Shown here: positions 50,373 through 60,311 of the stretch, piece by piece
Numbering within the stretch: the first letter of the stretch is position 1
Layout of the letters: each line of letters begins with the position of its first letter
Source of the DNA: a virus
Reading direction: 5' to 3' (one strand)
Virus record (IMG/VR): IMGVR_UViG_3300042731_007944
Span: 1-64,000 of that record
Length of the DNA stretch: 64,000 nt
Made by a program: the position numbers and the translations under genes
The notes under the pieces: model-generated
The model's database searches: none
What the model was told of the DNA's origin: nothing
Seen by the model: the letters and a program-made list of their open reading frames with translations, nothing else

Positions 50373-50767
50373 ACCGAGGGAAACATCATGACATTCTCAA
50401 CAGATAGCGATATCCTGCTCTCTGCGATCATACAAGAACATCGACTTCTCGCAGAACGGGATGAGCTAGAACAGGCGATGCCAAGCGATTTTGAGGTGAC
50501 GCCATGACCGCTTTCGATCTCTACTGTGAATTGCGACAGCATGACATGAGGGCGCTCTATCATGGAAAGCCCTGTCAAGTGCTGACAATGCAATACGAAA
50601 CACCGAATGAGTTGGGCATCAGCCAAGAGATGCATGACGCTTTACCGGAAGGCCGTACCACGACACTCAGGGTGCGCTATTTCAACGAATTTTTGCAGGA
50701 AGATGACGAGGCGTTGCTGTTTCTGGATGAGTTTGTGAACTGCTCCCGGACATCAATGCCCGGGCAT

Positions 50768-51934
50768 CTATGCCGCTGACGCGGCAAGCGTCGCCAGCCC
50801 GCGACGCAATAAAACGAGAGAGGACACGTAGTCTCGATTTTCGACCAGCCCGCATTTCGGGCATTCATGCACTCGTTGCGACAGTGTTTTCCGTACTGGC
50901 TCCCCACAGACGCATACTTGTGAACTGCCTCTCGGGTTGGTCGGGATTCGACGTTTCCCTTGCTCTTTGACTTTATAGGCAACGATATTCAGAAATAGGC
51001 CCCAGGCCGCGTCTGAAATAGAGAGGTGCAAGCCTGACGTATGACACGCACCGTTCGGCAGATACGTCCCAGTATCATCCTGTTTTGCCTTTGGACGCCT
51101 GAGCATATTTCGGATATTCAGGTTTTCGTGAATGAGATAATCCGTTTGTTTTAAGAGCGCGTTTGCTGTCTTGTGTAAAAAATCCAACCGCTGACACTTG
51201 ACGCGATAATGGGTTTTTTGGATGGCCTTCAAAAGTTTGTACCATTGCGGAGAGCGTTTCGGAGCCTTTGCAAATCGCCGTTGAAGACGTTTCAGGCGTT
51301 GCTGTGATTTTCGGAAGGCTTTGGGATAGACGCAATGAAACCCGTTTGAGGCATAGACATAATCATTCAACCCTAAGTCAATCGCTAGAGGTGGCAAGGC
51401 GTCTTTAGGCTCTACTGATACTTCTAATTCAGTAGAGAAAGACGCAAACCACTTGCCTCCATCTTGTAAAATCGTCAGAGTTTTGATTGTGGCCTCTTCC
51501 GGGATCGGGCGATGATACACACACTTCATGTTGCCAACTTTTGGTACATAGAATGAGTCAGAGGGACGTTGCGTATATTGCGGATAAGTAATTGACGACC
51601 ACCTGCCACGTTTTTTAAACTTCGGGAACCCAGGCACGTCGCCCTGTTTAACTCGGCGGAAGAAGGCGTCAAAGGCGTTATCCAGACGGCGTAAGACATC
51701 TTGAAGCACCTGAGAATGGACACCCTTAAACCACGGACGGGCTTTTTTAAGGAGAGGAAGTTGGCGTTTTTGTTCATACCAGGACACAGACCGGCCTTCC
51801 TGCTCATAGACGTCCATACGTTCTTTGAGTGACCAGTTGTACACATAGCGGCACATCGAAAATTGATTCTTCAGGTTTGTCTGTTGCGCTTTTGTCGGAT
51901 AAATCCTATATTTATACGCCTTACGAAGGATCAT
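50768..51934 (-). CDS. tnpB: RNA-guided endonuclease TnpB
   Basis: AYKYRIYPT; RuvC D (IDLG), E (HENL) and D (NRD); Zn ribbon. Confidence 0.95.
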   Translation of the reverse strand: MILRKAYKYRIYPTKAQQTNLKNQFSMCRYVYNWSLKERMDVYEQEGRSVSWYEQKRQLPLLKKARPWFKGVHSQVLQDVLRRLDNAFDAFFRRVKQGDVPGFPKFKKRGRWSSITYPQYTQRPSDSFYVPKVGNMKCVYHRPIPEEATIKTLTILQDGGKWFASFSTELEVSVEPKDALPPLAIDLGLNDYVYASNGFHCVYPKAFRKSQQRLKRLQRRFAKAPKRSPQWYKLLKAIQKTHYRVKCQRLDFLHKTANALLKQTDYLIHENLNIRNMLRRPKAKQDDTGTYLPNGACHTSGLHLSISDAAWGLFLNIVAYKVKEQGKRRIPTNPRGSSQVCVCGEPVRKTLSQRVHECPKCGLVENRDYVSSLVLLRRGLATLAASAA

Positions 51935-52341
51935 TTGGTTTTTTGATCGGCAATATACCGCGTGACCGTCTCTTCTGAAACGTGTCCGATAGTTTCCACA
52001 TACGTTGAGGGGTTCCACAGATGCCCATTCCAGAGACGTTTCTGTAACTCTGGAAATTCAAGCAAGAGGCGTCTCGCAGAAATGCCCTTCATTAATTTAT
52101 ACATATGCGAGGCAGAGTATTTTGGATGCCCAGACACAAACACATGTACATGATCCGGCATGACCTCCAGTGATTGGATGACAAATCCTTTTTCTTTTGC
52201 GATCTCATGTAACAGTGTCTTGAGTCTGGTATCAATGCCGTTGACCAATACCTTGCGACGATACTTGACCGTCCAAACAATGTGATAGTTCGCATTATAC
52301 ACGACCGTTCTGGCATAGGTAAACCGTTCCTTGTCTCGCAT
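51931..52341 (-). CDS. tnpA: HUH (Y1) transposase
   Basis: YHIVW.VKYRR, DHVH, KG.SAR, LW, YI..Q. Confidence 0.96.
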   Translation of the reverse strand: MRDKERFTYARTVVYNANYHIVWTVKYRRKVLVNGIDTRLKTLLHEIAKEKGFVIQSLEVMPDHVHVFVSGHPKYSASHMYKLMKGISARRLLLEFPELQKRLWNGHLWNPSTYVETIGHVSEETVTRYIADQKTK

Positions 52342-52514
52342 ACAGATAGTCTAGAAAAGATAGGGAACTTTGTCAAGAAAATAAATGAATTTTATGGTGA
52401 CAGATAGTCATTTTTTTAAGGATAGCGATTCATCTCGGATATAAATAACCGAGGATTCTCGCTATATGATCCTAAAGTACTATCAACCCGTTATAGCATC
52501 GCCGCGATCCAATA

Positions 52515-52946
52515 ATGACTGAACAACTTACAAAAATTTGTTCGAAATGTAAGGAACCAAAACCACTCTCTGCGTTCTACAGACAACAGGAATGTGCCTA
52601 TGGGGTTTCGCCAGAATGCAAAGAATGTCGAAGGGCATATAAACGACAACATTACCATCGACATGCGACACGTCTCAAAGCCTACGGCAGACGATATTAT
52701 CAGGAACACCAGGGAATGGTTTCTCAAAAATTCAAGCGATACCGTAAGCAGCACAGCGAGAAATTCAAGGCGTATCAGCGAGAGTATCGTGCTCGTATTC
52801 TGGAAAAAGTCATTCAGTTTCTTCGTATCATTGATACAACCACAACACTTGACGAAATCGTTGAAATTGTAGGTGTTCCGAGGACAGAAGCCAACCATGC
52901 CTTGAGAAAAGTCTCTGATCGCTTGCGAGAAAAAGTGCTATCCTAG
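52515..52946 (+). CDS. Phage Zn-finger protein (HNH-associated N-terminal type)
   Basis: KICSKCKEPKPLSAF...CKEC. Confidence 0.65.
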   Translation: MTEQLTKICSKCKEPKPLSAFYRQQECAYGVSPECKECRRAYKRQHYHRHATRLKAYGRRYYQEHQGMVSQKFKRYRKQHSEKFKAYQREYRARILEKVIQFLRIIDTTTTLDEIVEIVGVPRTEANHALRKVSDRLREKVLS

Positions 52947-53771
52947 CGCCGCCGCGATCCGATCCGTCACCTTCCGAAATCCCTCTGACGTGGGATGTAA
53001 CTCATCTTTCCAGTCCTCCGGCGTCAGCGTGCCTTGCGTGTTCACCACCGTCAGCCCATCGATTGCTTGCACCGTTCGGGCATAGAGTGTTAGCAACACC
53101 CGAATCAGGTCCCGTTGATCCGCCTTCTTCGTGATGTGCGCCCGTTCTAAGGCGGGCGTGATCCACGGTTTCACGATCTGCCAGCTAAACAGGGAAAAGC
53201 CTTTGCCGGACGGATCGGGATAGTCATACGTATGGCAGATGATCCGGATATCAGGGTTCTTCGACACCTCCGGGACAACATGCGCCAGATCCTCATAATA
53301 GCCTTTGATCTTCAGCAGCCGGGCCGCCACGCGATCCCAGCGCACGCAATCCCGCCAGGGCATGCCTTTGCGGTGCGGCCACAACAAGCCGTCCAAATTC
53401 GAGACCAGATCGTTCCCGCCGCCTGAGAACAAGAGCACGTCAAACGCATACGACTCCAGCGTCCAGCGCAATTTCCAACGCTGTCCGCCGTCTAACATGT
53501 CTGAGAGCGTGTCGCCGGGCCGGGAAATATCGTAAATCGTCCAATTCCGGTCGTGTGCCTGTTTTCGCAAGTGATGGACGAGATTTGAGGCGCGGCCCCA
53601 GAACAGATACTTGCGCGGATACGAGAGCCAGCTATCACCCTCGCACAGGATGCGTTTTGCGCCACGAAAGCGGCGTTCCAGCGCGCGATAGACGCGTTCA
53701 TCTGCCGTAAAGCGTGTCATGATAGCCACCACCAAAAGAGAAACGGCAAGCAGCCGAAGACAAAGCAGCAC
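52938..53771 (-). CDS. SGNH/GDSL hydrolase
   Basis: EGDSW, SGGGND and DELHP catalytic blocks. Confidence 0.88.
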   Translation of the reverse strand: MLLCLRLLAVSLLVVAIMTRFTADERVYRALERRFRGAKRILCEGDSWLSYPRKYLFWGRASNLVHHLRKQAHDRNWTIYDISRPGDTLSDMLDGGQRWKLRWTLESYAFDVLLFSGGGNDLVSNLDGLLWPHRKGMPWRDCVRWDRVAARLLKIKGYYEDLAHVVPEVSKNPDIRIICHTYDYPDPSGKGFSLFSWQIVKPWITPALERAHITKKADQRDLIRVLLTLYARTVQAIDGLTVVNTQGTLTPEDWKDELHPTSEGFRKVTDRIAAALG

Positions 53772-53814
53772 GCAAGAAATAACAGCATTTTAATAGTGCG
53801 CAAGGACATTGTTG

Positions 53815-55398
53815 CTACCCTCCTATCACGAAATATTGTGATTCCACCGGGAGGATTTCCGGATTCGTCACCTTATAGAGTATATCATCCAGATAGACCG
53901 GATCGGGCGACGAGACCCCTTCTACGGCATTCAATACCGTGCCAACAGCCGTATACCCGGCCCCGACATAGAACTTTTCTGCGTAGCCGGTCGGCGCATA
54001 GGCGGGTTGCCAAAAATAGCGGCTCAGCATCGTGCCAGACGCTTCCACGCTGCCATCAATCAGGATCGACAGCGTGCCGAGGGAAAAGAGAATTTCCACC
54101 TGATGCCAGGCGTTATCATTCATCGTGGTCGTCGTGGTCAAGATGTAGCCGCCAGCCGGGTTCCAGACGTTTGTGAGTTTGATCTTCGGCGCGTTATACG
54201 GAGAGGCTGAGTCCAACGCGACACAAAGGTTGAATGCTTGTAAGATTCCGCGATTGGCGAAATACCCGCCGTTGGTTTTTACCCAGAAGGACAGGGAAAA
54301 ATCGCCGTATGGCGTCAAATCGCTGCCCAATGCCGTCACAACTTCGAGATAGTCGCCTCCGGATCCCATACCGGTTGAGGCCGTTAGTTTGATGGACGAG
54401 GCCCCAGTGTGCGCGGTATCCGTGCTATGTTTGACGCCCCCGTGGGCTGTGATGGCATGCGGATCTCCGCTGGAATCGGTAAAGGTGGTACTGCCGTCTG
54501 TGGTGTCTGATTGGAGATTGAAGACCGTCACTTCCCCCGGTCCAGCAAACCCATTGATCAGGAATTTCCCGGTGCCGAGCGTGAGATAATCCGGGGAGGC
54601 CGCCGCCATCGAGACATTGCTGAAATCGCGTGTTGCGGGCATGACGCCGAATTTAAACAGTGGCGCTTTCGGGGCATCTGGAAGCAAGAACACGGCTTTT
54701 ACGGCATCTGTTACCGCCGCGAGTGCTTCTTCCTGTGCTGCGGATCCGGTAGGCGTACAGGATCCCTGTTCCGCTTCCGCTAACCCGGCAAACGCGCCTG
54801 AGAGATGTGCCCCGGCTTCGGTATGCCCTCCTTGAAATTTGGTATCCAGATCGTATTCCACCGAATTCGCCGAGGTGGTTTCATCGCCACCCTGAAGCGG
54901 GGTTCCGTGCTGAATCCAGGCGGGCGGATCATCATTCACCCCAGGATCGGGGGTGCTGCCGTACCCGAGGACAAAATAGTGATACGTCACGCCTGACGTA
55001 TTTACCTCTGCCGCCGTGCCGAGCGTAAACCCGGTTGTGGAGATCGCCGTCACGCGATCTGTCTGTGGCGCTTCCTCTGCCGTGCTTTTCATCTTCGGCA
55101 TTCCGTCACCTGTGACGAGATACAGGTTGCCGTCTTGCTCGCTCCAAATCCATAAGCAGAGGATTTCGGTAAAGGTCGTGATCAGAAAATCAATGGTTTG
55201 GGCGGCGCTTGCGCCTTCATAGGTACTCGTTTCCGGAATCGGGAAACTATTATACGGGGGCGTATGCCCCCCGCTCGGATAGTGTTGATTCAGAAAGCTT
55301 TCCCAGAGCTCTTTTCCGTACCGATTTTTCGTATCCGGGTATTTTGGATGATTTTCCGCGATAATATACTCATCCGCGCTAATCAGTGTTCGTGCCAT
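53815..55398 (-). CDS. Tail fibre/receptor-binding protein with a LamG-like domain
   Basis: DGSTTFTDSS..GASSI..DFSLSFWVK..WHQV..YLDDI. Confidence 0.75.
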   Translation of the reverse strand: MARTLISADEYIIAENHPKYPDTKNRYGKELWESFLNQHYPSGGHTPPYNSFPIPETSTYEGASAAQTIDFLITTFTEILCLWIWSEQDGNLYLVTGDGMPKMKSTAEEAPQTDRVTAISTTGFTLGTAAEVNTSGVTYHYFVLGYGSTPDPGVNDDPPAWIQHGTPLQGGDETTSANSVEYDLDTKFQGGHTEAGAHLSGAFAGLAEAEQGSCTPTGSAAQEEALAAVTDAVKAVFLLPDAPKAPLFKFGVMPATRDFSNVSMAAASPDYLTLGTGKFLINGFAGPGEVTVFNLQSDTTDGSTTFTDSSGDPHAITAHGGVKHSTDTAHTGASSIKLTASTGMGSGGDYLEVVTALGSDLTPYGDFSLSFWVKTNGGYFANRGILQAFNLCVALDSASPYNAPKIKLTNVWNPAGGYILTTTTTMNDNAWHQVEILFSLGTLSILIDGSVEASGTMLSRYFWQPAYAPTGYAEKFYVGAGYTAVGTVLNAVEGVSSPDPVYLDDILYKVTNPEILPVESQYFVIGG

Positions 55399-55404
55399 AG
55401 CCTG

Positions 55405-55852
55405 TTATTCCACCCCTAAAATAAGATAGTCATAGGTGACGCCAGACGCATTCACCGCCGGATCGGTGCCGACTGTCAGAAACCCGACATGCGAGATATC
55501 AGTCAGTTGATCCGCCTGAAAAGCGTTCGTGCCAATCTCCTTCGTCCCTGCCATGCCGAGTGTGCGAAAGACCGGATATTCCGTATCAGGCCGCGACACA
55601 AACGCGACAACCGCCTTCAGGCTACTATTGCTATAGCTCACAGGGTGCGCCGCATCCGTGCCCGGAAACGTCCCGGTCTCTGTGACGAGATAGCCCGAGA
55701 TTTTATGACTTGAATCGTCATTATGCTCTTTGCTATACGCCGCATACCATTGTTTCATCGCGCGATTGCCAATATCTTCATTCCCTGACGGATGATTGGC
55801 GTAATCGCGCGGTTCGTCATATTGCGCCCAGCCGAGTTCTGATGCTGCCATC
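55405..55852 (-). CDS. Minor tail protein (paralogous to the N-terminus of the adjacent fibre)
   Basis: Shares GF.T.GT...VN.SGVTY.Y with 53815-55398. Confidence 0.65.
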
Positions 55853-55853
55853 G

Positions 55854-57062
55854 TTACAATGCCTCCATGTCGCGATCTCCTCCGAACGACCCGCCATCCC
55901 CGGCGGAGCATGCCCCATCCCAGATGTCAGGTTCAGCGGTCAAGACCATGTTGAGCTTTTCCAGGATATAGGACAGCTGCCCGGCATCAAGATCGACGTC
56001 TTTTTCTATCACTTTTCCAAACTGATTGACGAGGGGGTTTCCGGTGCTATCTCGCAAGAGCGCAGAGGAAAATACCACGCAATCGCCTTTTTCCGCCTGC
56101 ATCGGTTTCATATTGATGCACGGCCAGGTCACGAGCCAGAGTGGATGCCCGAATTTCTCAACAAGCCGGGCCTGAATCGTGTGGACCGTCACGTCGCTGC
56201 GCGTCCAATCCAGCGAGAGTTCCCGCAGGCGGATCCCATACCGCGCTTGACTGAACGCATCCAGGCTATCCGCCCCGTCATCAGTGGCCCGGTAGTTGCT
56301 TCGCGCCCCTTCGCTGTAGCGCTTATCCGATTCATAGGCAACGGCATAATTACACTGCACCTGATTCACCAGATTGCGCACATACTGTGACACCCGCACC
56401 CCATCGGTTTCACGTTCGACAAAAAACGCCACAGGGCTGATCCCGGTCGTGAGACCCGTATCGAATCGCACGACAATTTTTCCGTCGCCATTGACATACC
56501 AATCCATCAAAAAGCTTGCGGCAATGGCATTTAGCCAGAACTGATAGGGGTTTTCGTCGAGCATCACCCCGGCGCACGTATACCCGAGACTCTCAGCCAC
56601 GTTTCGCGCGATCGCAAAGCTTGTCGGATCAAGATTCGTGGCATCCCCCAGGAGAGCGAAAATCACATCAATCGGGTTCGTCAGGAGCGCTCCGGTGTCA
56701 TCCACTGCCCCCAGACATTGCACCGTGATATTCCCCGGATCGGAGGGAAACGTCACATAGGCAATCACCCCTTGTCCTTCATAGTCGCCAGCCGTTGTGG
56801 TGGTAAAATTCGTCAATTCCGTCCCATCCCGATCAAAACAGCGGATGACATTGCCGTTCGCTTCACTCAGGATCGGATGCCCGGCCAGACAATAATCATG
56901 GCTGTTCACATTGAGACACGGCGCAGTCCAGAGCCCGGCATCTCCTGAATTTTCGGACATATCACCCCAGACCTTCGGCAAAAACGCATTCGTTTCTCCA
57001 GGGGCGCTATAGATGTTCGTCTTTGTGAGCGTCAGGATGTCTGAGAGGGTTACATGAGACAT
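55854..57062 (-). CDS. Tail/baseplate hub-like structural protein
   Basis: LPKVWGD, NPIDVI, E.GD.V motifs; tail-module position. Confidence 0.6.
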   Translation of the reverse strand: MSHVTLSDILTLTKTNIYSAPGETNAFLPKVWGDMSENSGDAGLWTAPCLNVNSHDYCLAGHPILSEANGNVIRCFDRDGTELTNFTTTTAGDYEGQGVIAYVTFPSDPGNITVQCLGAVDDTGALLTNPIDVIFALLGDATNLDPTSFAIARNVAESLGYTCAGVMLDENPYQFWLNAIAASFLMDWYVNGDGKIVVRFDTGLTTGISPVAFFVERETDGVRVSQYVRNLVNQVQCNYAVAYESDKRYSEGARSNYRATDDGADSLDAFSQARYGIRLRELSLDWTRSDVTVHTIQARLVEKFGHPLWLVTWPCINMKPMQAEKGDCVVFSSALLRDSTGNPLVNQFGKVIEKDVDLDAGQLSYILEKLNMVLTAEPDIWDGACSAGDGGSFGGDRDMEAL

Positions 57063-57931
57063 AGACAGACCCCCCAGATCAGATACTTTGTTTGCCCGCT
57101 ACGAGGGCTGGCAAGCGCGTACAACAGAAACAGCCACCCCACGACCCCAGAGAGCAGCAACGGCAACCCGTAATAGCCTATCGTCGTCATTCGAATACGA
57201 TAGGCGGTCCGTTGCGATCCCGGCAGCAGACAGCGCGGCCTCGGCGACAGACTGTTCTTCCGGCATTCCCGCCAGAGTTTACGCATCCAGTACTCAGTAC
57301 GAAAGGCCAGAACATACCACGGCGTGACCAGGAGACAGACCATTATCGTCATCCAGCCGTGTGTCAGCGCACAGGCGATCACCGCAAGCAAGGCCACCGG
57401 TTTCACCCAGAGCGTGACGGCTAACAGCACGCCGGATACGAGCGGGATCGGACACCCCCACGCCCAGAGTAAGCACATCACGGCCAGGCTATCATGCGTC
57501 AGTTGCCCGATCACCATGGCGAATACCGGAGCCAGCAGCACCCATGCGGCGCGGCGCGGAAGCCAGAGCATCGGCAGCAGACAGCCAGCGATAGACAGGA
57601 TTCTCGCGAACTGGCGTGAGTGAATCCGCGACAGCGCAAAGGACACAAACGGATTCTGGAAGCGGCAATAATTCAGAAAGGAGAAATCCTGTAGGAAGAG
57701 CGCGAGCGACTTCCTGTTCCGCGTTTCCTGCCAAAGCAGATCCGCATCGGCATAGGACGCCTGCTGCCAGAAGACGAACGCGCCACAACTCACCAGGGGC
57801 AGCAGACGCCATGCTCCGGAGAGGAGAGAGAACCCCCAAGCGAGGACTCCTGAGAGCACGAGCCACACGAGATCCTGCCATCGTAGGGGTCGAATTGGAT
57901 CGGCTGCGGTCATGCCATACACGGAGATCAT
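57050..57931 (-). CDS. Polytopic membrane protein inserted in the tail module (GT-C-like?)
   Basis: About 8 hydrophobic segments; HD and KP motifs. Confidence 0.5.
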   Translation of the reverse strand: MISVYGMTAADPIRPLRWQDLVWLVLSGVLAWGFSLLSGAWRLLPLVSCGAFVFWQQASYADADLLWQETRNRKSLALFLQDFSFLNYCRFQNPFVSFALSRIHSRQFARILSIAGCLLPMLWLPRRAAWVLLAPVFAMVIGQLTHDSLAVMCLLWAWGCPIPLVSGVLLAVTLWVKPVALLAVIACALTHGWMTIMVCLLVTPWYVLAFRTEYWMRKLWRECRKNSLSPRPRCLLPGSQRTAYRIRMTTIGYYGLPLLLSGVVGWLFLLYALASPRSGQTKYLIWGVCLCLM

Positions 57932-58061
57932 CGCTTTTGTCCCTCCTCCGCCAGGATCGTGAGATAGCGGTGCCGTTCGTCTGGGGTTGCTCGAAGAAAG
58001 GACACGACAGACAGCACGATCCACGACGCCAACAAGAACAGACATATTCCGACAAACAGCA

Positions 58062-59231
58062 TTACGGCCATGTGACCCACTCCCCATCAACCAGCGACAG
58101 CGGAAGGGCCCCGACAATGATGTCCGGCATCGCTGTCAGTTCATCATTCCCGTCGCTGTTAACGTACCAGTATTGTTCATCGTTCCACACGATCTGGCGC
58201 AGTTTGCCGTCATACCCTTCGCCAAACGTGATTGTATTATCAGCCCCGGTGTCGCTGCGGTCCATCAACGTGACGCCGCTCTGGGTTTCTGCATTCGCGG
58301 CCTCGCCCCAATAGAGTTCCAGCGTATTGCCGCCGTCTGTCGAGCACCGGACATAGACGAGTAAGGGCCGGTCGAGATCGTCAGCCGTCAGCGCATGTGT
58401 GTTCGTATACGTCGCGGTGGTCGGCGTTCCGTCAAGATTTTGCCCGGTCGTCACATACAAACAATTACTGGCATTAAATCCGATCTGGAGTCGGATCGCG
58501 CTATATGTTCCGTCACGGATCTCAAAGATCACCCCGGCGTCCGCAAGATCGTCTTTCGTCACCAGCGCCCGAAAGATCCAGTCGTCACTTGCCAGAAAGG
58601 ACCCGGCCAAAACACTATAGGCGACCGTTTCAGATGCCATTGTCCCGGTGCCATCATCTTCTAATGCCAAGACCTCAACCGCGATTCCGGTTCCGGCGTC
58701 AGGAAACACCGTGGACACCGCTTCAGCGACAAGCCGCAAGGTCATCTCATCCAGATGCACTTCCGTAATTTCGCCGGAGAAGAGTTGGCGAAAGGCTGAC
58801 GAGGTATTGCCTTCAAACGCCTGCAAAACGGCGATCTGCTGTCCTAATAACGGCTCGTCACGATGATCCCCCAGCAGATCGGAGAAAAACCCGTCCGTAT
58901 TGTCCAACATCACGCTATACGCCCCGATCTCTGTTTGCGTGAGGCTCGTGATGAGATCTGAGATCTGCGGGGCCAATGTCTCTGTAACGTTACCAAACTC
59001 GATCACACGGCCTTCGGCATAGGCCACCGGGATCCCACCAAACGTGCCACCATCGCCAGCCGTGACAGAACCATCCCACTGCGCAAGTTCTCCAAATCCG
59101 CCGATCTCGTCATCGGTGGGCGTGGTAAGCCCGAAAATATAGCGCGTGCGCACGGTCGTAATCACCACGAGCACTTGCACGCGATGTTCCGCGTCTTTCG
59201 CGGCGATATAGGCAGAGTCAAGGTGTAACAT
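58062..59231 (-). CDS. Tail structural protein
   Basis: Position in the tail module; LDN.DG.FS..L pattern. Confidence 0.6.
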   Translation of the reverse strand: MLHLDSAYIAAKDAEHRVQVLVVITTVRTRYIFGLTTPTDDEIGGFGELAQWDGSVTAGDGGTFGGIPVAYAEGRVIEFGNVTETLAPQISDLITSLTQTEIGAYSVMLDNTDGFFSDLLGDHRDEPLLGQQIAVLQAFEGNTSSAFRQLFSGEITEVHLDEMTLRLVAEAVSTVFPDAGTGIAVEVLALEDDGTGTMASETVAYSVLAGSFLASDDWIFRALVTKDDLADAGVIFEIRDGTYSAIRLQIGFNASNCLYVTTGQNLDGTPTTATYTNTHALTADDLDRPLLVYVRCSTDGGNTLELYWGEAANAETQSGVTLMDRSDTGADNTITFGEGYDGKLRQIVWNDEQYWYVNSDGNDELTAMPDIIVGALPLSLVDGEWVTWP

Positions 59232-60311
59232 TCAGATCCTCGTCTTCACGCACTCTTTGAAGTGCAGATCCACGGCCCCGTGAAAATCCACCCCGGCGAA
59301 CTGCTGGCGGAAATCCCGAATATTGCGCCAATCACAGAGAAAGAATGTCTCTGGCTCATCATAAAACAGATGGACATACAGTGGGTGGATCTTTCCGCTC
59401 GTGACGATATCCACCACGGCGGCCTGCATGGCAGCGAGACTCGCAATATCGTTCAGCGATTGCACGTCATAGTGCAGCAGGAGATCCGCTTGCTGCGCAT
59501 ACGCCTTGTGTCGAAACATGCCGGCTGGATTCTCACTCTCCGCCCCGGTGTAGCCGTAGCCTCGCGAGGACGTCCACCAGGCGTTTGCTTCGAGTTCGCG
59601 ATAGGATCCCAGATAGAGCGTCGCCGTTTGAAAATACGACAGCGCCCCATCCACCGGGACGATGCGCCAGTACCGGTACGTCTGATCCAGGTAGAAGATC
59701 AGCTTGTGATCCGTCACGGTGATCGCCTGCGAATACGCCGGGCTGCCCCAACTGTCTGAGGAGTTCGCCTGAAGCGTCAACGTGCTTTGCCCGGCCACCA
59801 GATTGTGATTCATCAGGGCAAAGGCCGTCACCTGCTGCGCACTGCCGAGGTCAATCACGATCGGAAACGTGGCTCCTGACCGAAAAAGACTGTTGGGGTT
59901 CAAATTCAGCAGGTTTCCGGCTCCGTATTTCGCCACGGCGAAGAACTGAAAGGTGTCTTCCAGCGTGAAGTCATCGCCGACCCCCGCCTGCCAGGCGATC
60001 TTAACGCCATAATTCAGCGTGGCAAGCGTCGTGAGGGTCGTGACGCCGGTGGCTTCCCAGCCGGAGCTTTCTGAGGTCTTCCAACGATAGGTCGCCTGCC
60101 CCACAGAGACGCCGGGTGTGATGCTGTCGATCTGGGCGATGTAATCCAGGTTCTGCGCCCCGGCAAACGATCCGGCGGCAAACGCCGCCGCGCTGCCGGT
60201 CCCTCGCGTTTTCTCCACCCCGGAGACGATCCCCCCGGCCTGACTGCCTGCGGCGATCATATCCACGGACGTAATGTAGTTCGTATCCAGATAGCGCTCA
60301 GCGGTATACAT
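59232..60311 (-). CDS. Tail structural protein (distal-tail-like, discoidin-like insert)
   Basis: Immediately after the tape measure gene; IDLGSA..V..NHNL..YRYWR. Confidence 0.65.
   Translation of the reverse strand: MYTAERYLDTNYITSVDMIAAGSQAGGIVSGVEKTRGTGSAAAFAAGSFAGAQNLDYIAQIDSITPGVSVGQATYRWKTSESSGWEATGVTTLTTLATLNYGVKIAWQAGVGDDFTLEDTFQFFAVAKYGAGNLLNLNPNSLFRSGATFPIVIDLGSAQQVTAFALMNHNLVAGQSTLTLQANSSDSWGSPAYSQAITVTDHKLIFYLDQTYRYWRIVPVDGALSYFQTATLYLGSYRELEANAWWTSSRGYGYTGAESENPAGMFRHKAYAQQADLLLHYDVQSLNDIASLAAMQAAVVDIVTSGKIHPLYVHLFYDEPETFFLCDWRNIRDFRQQFAGVDFHGAVDLHFKECVKTRI

Larger units (their letters stand above)
50735..52481 (-). mobile_element. IS200/IS605-family element (tnpA + tnpB)
   Basis: TTGAT target 5' of the left end, subterminal hairpin at 52422-52465, right-end hairpin and terminal TCAC. 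Confidence 0.88.
50504..52496 (+). pseudogene. Small gene interrupted near its 3' end by the IS element
   Basis: Removing 50735-52481 restores ...FLDEF|INPL-stop in frame. Confidence 0.65.

Noticed and set aside
53815-55398. Diversity-generating retroelement acting on the tail fibre
   Set aside because: No reverse transcriptase and no TR/VR repeat pair were seen.
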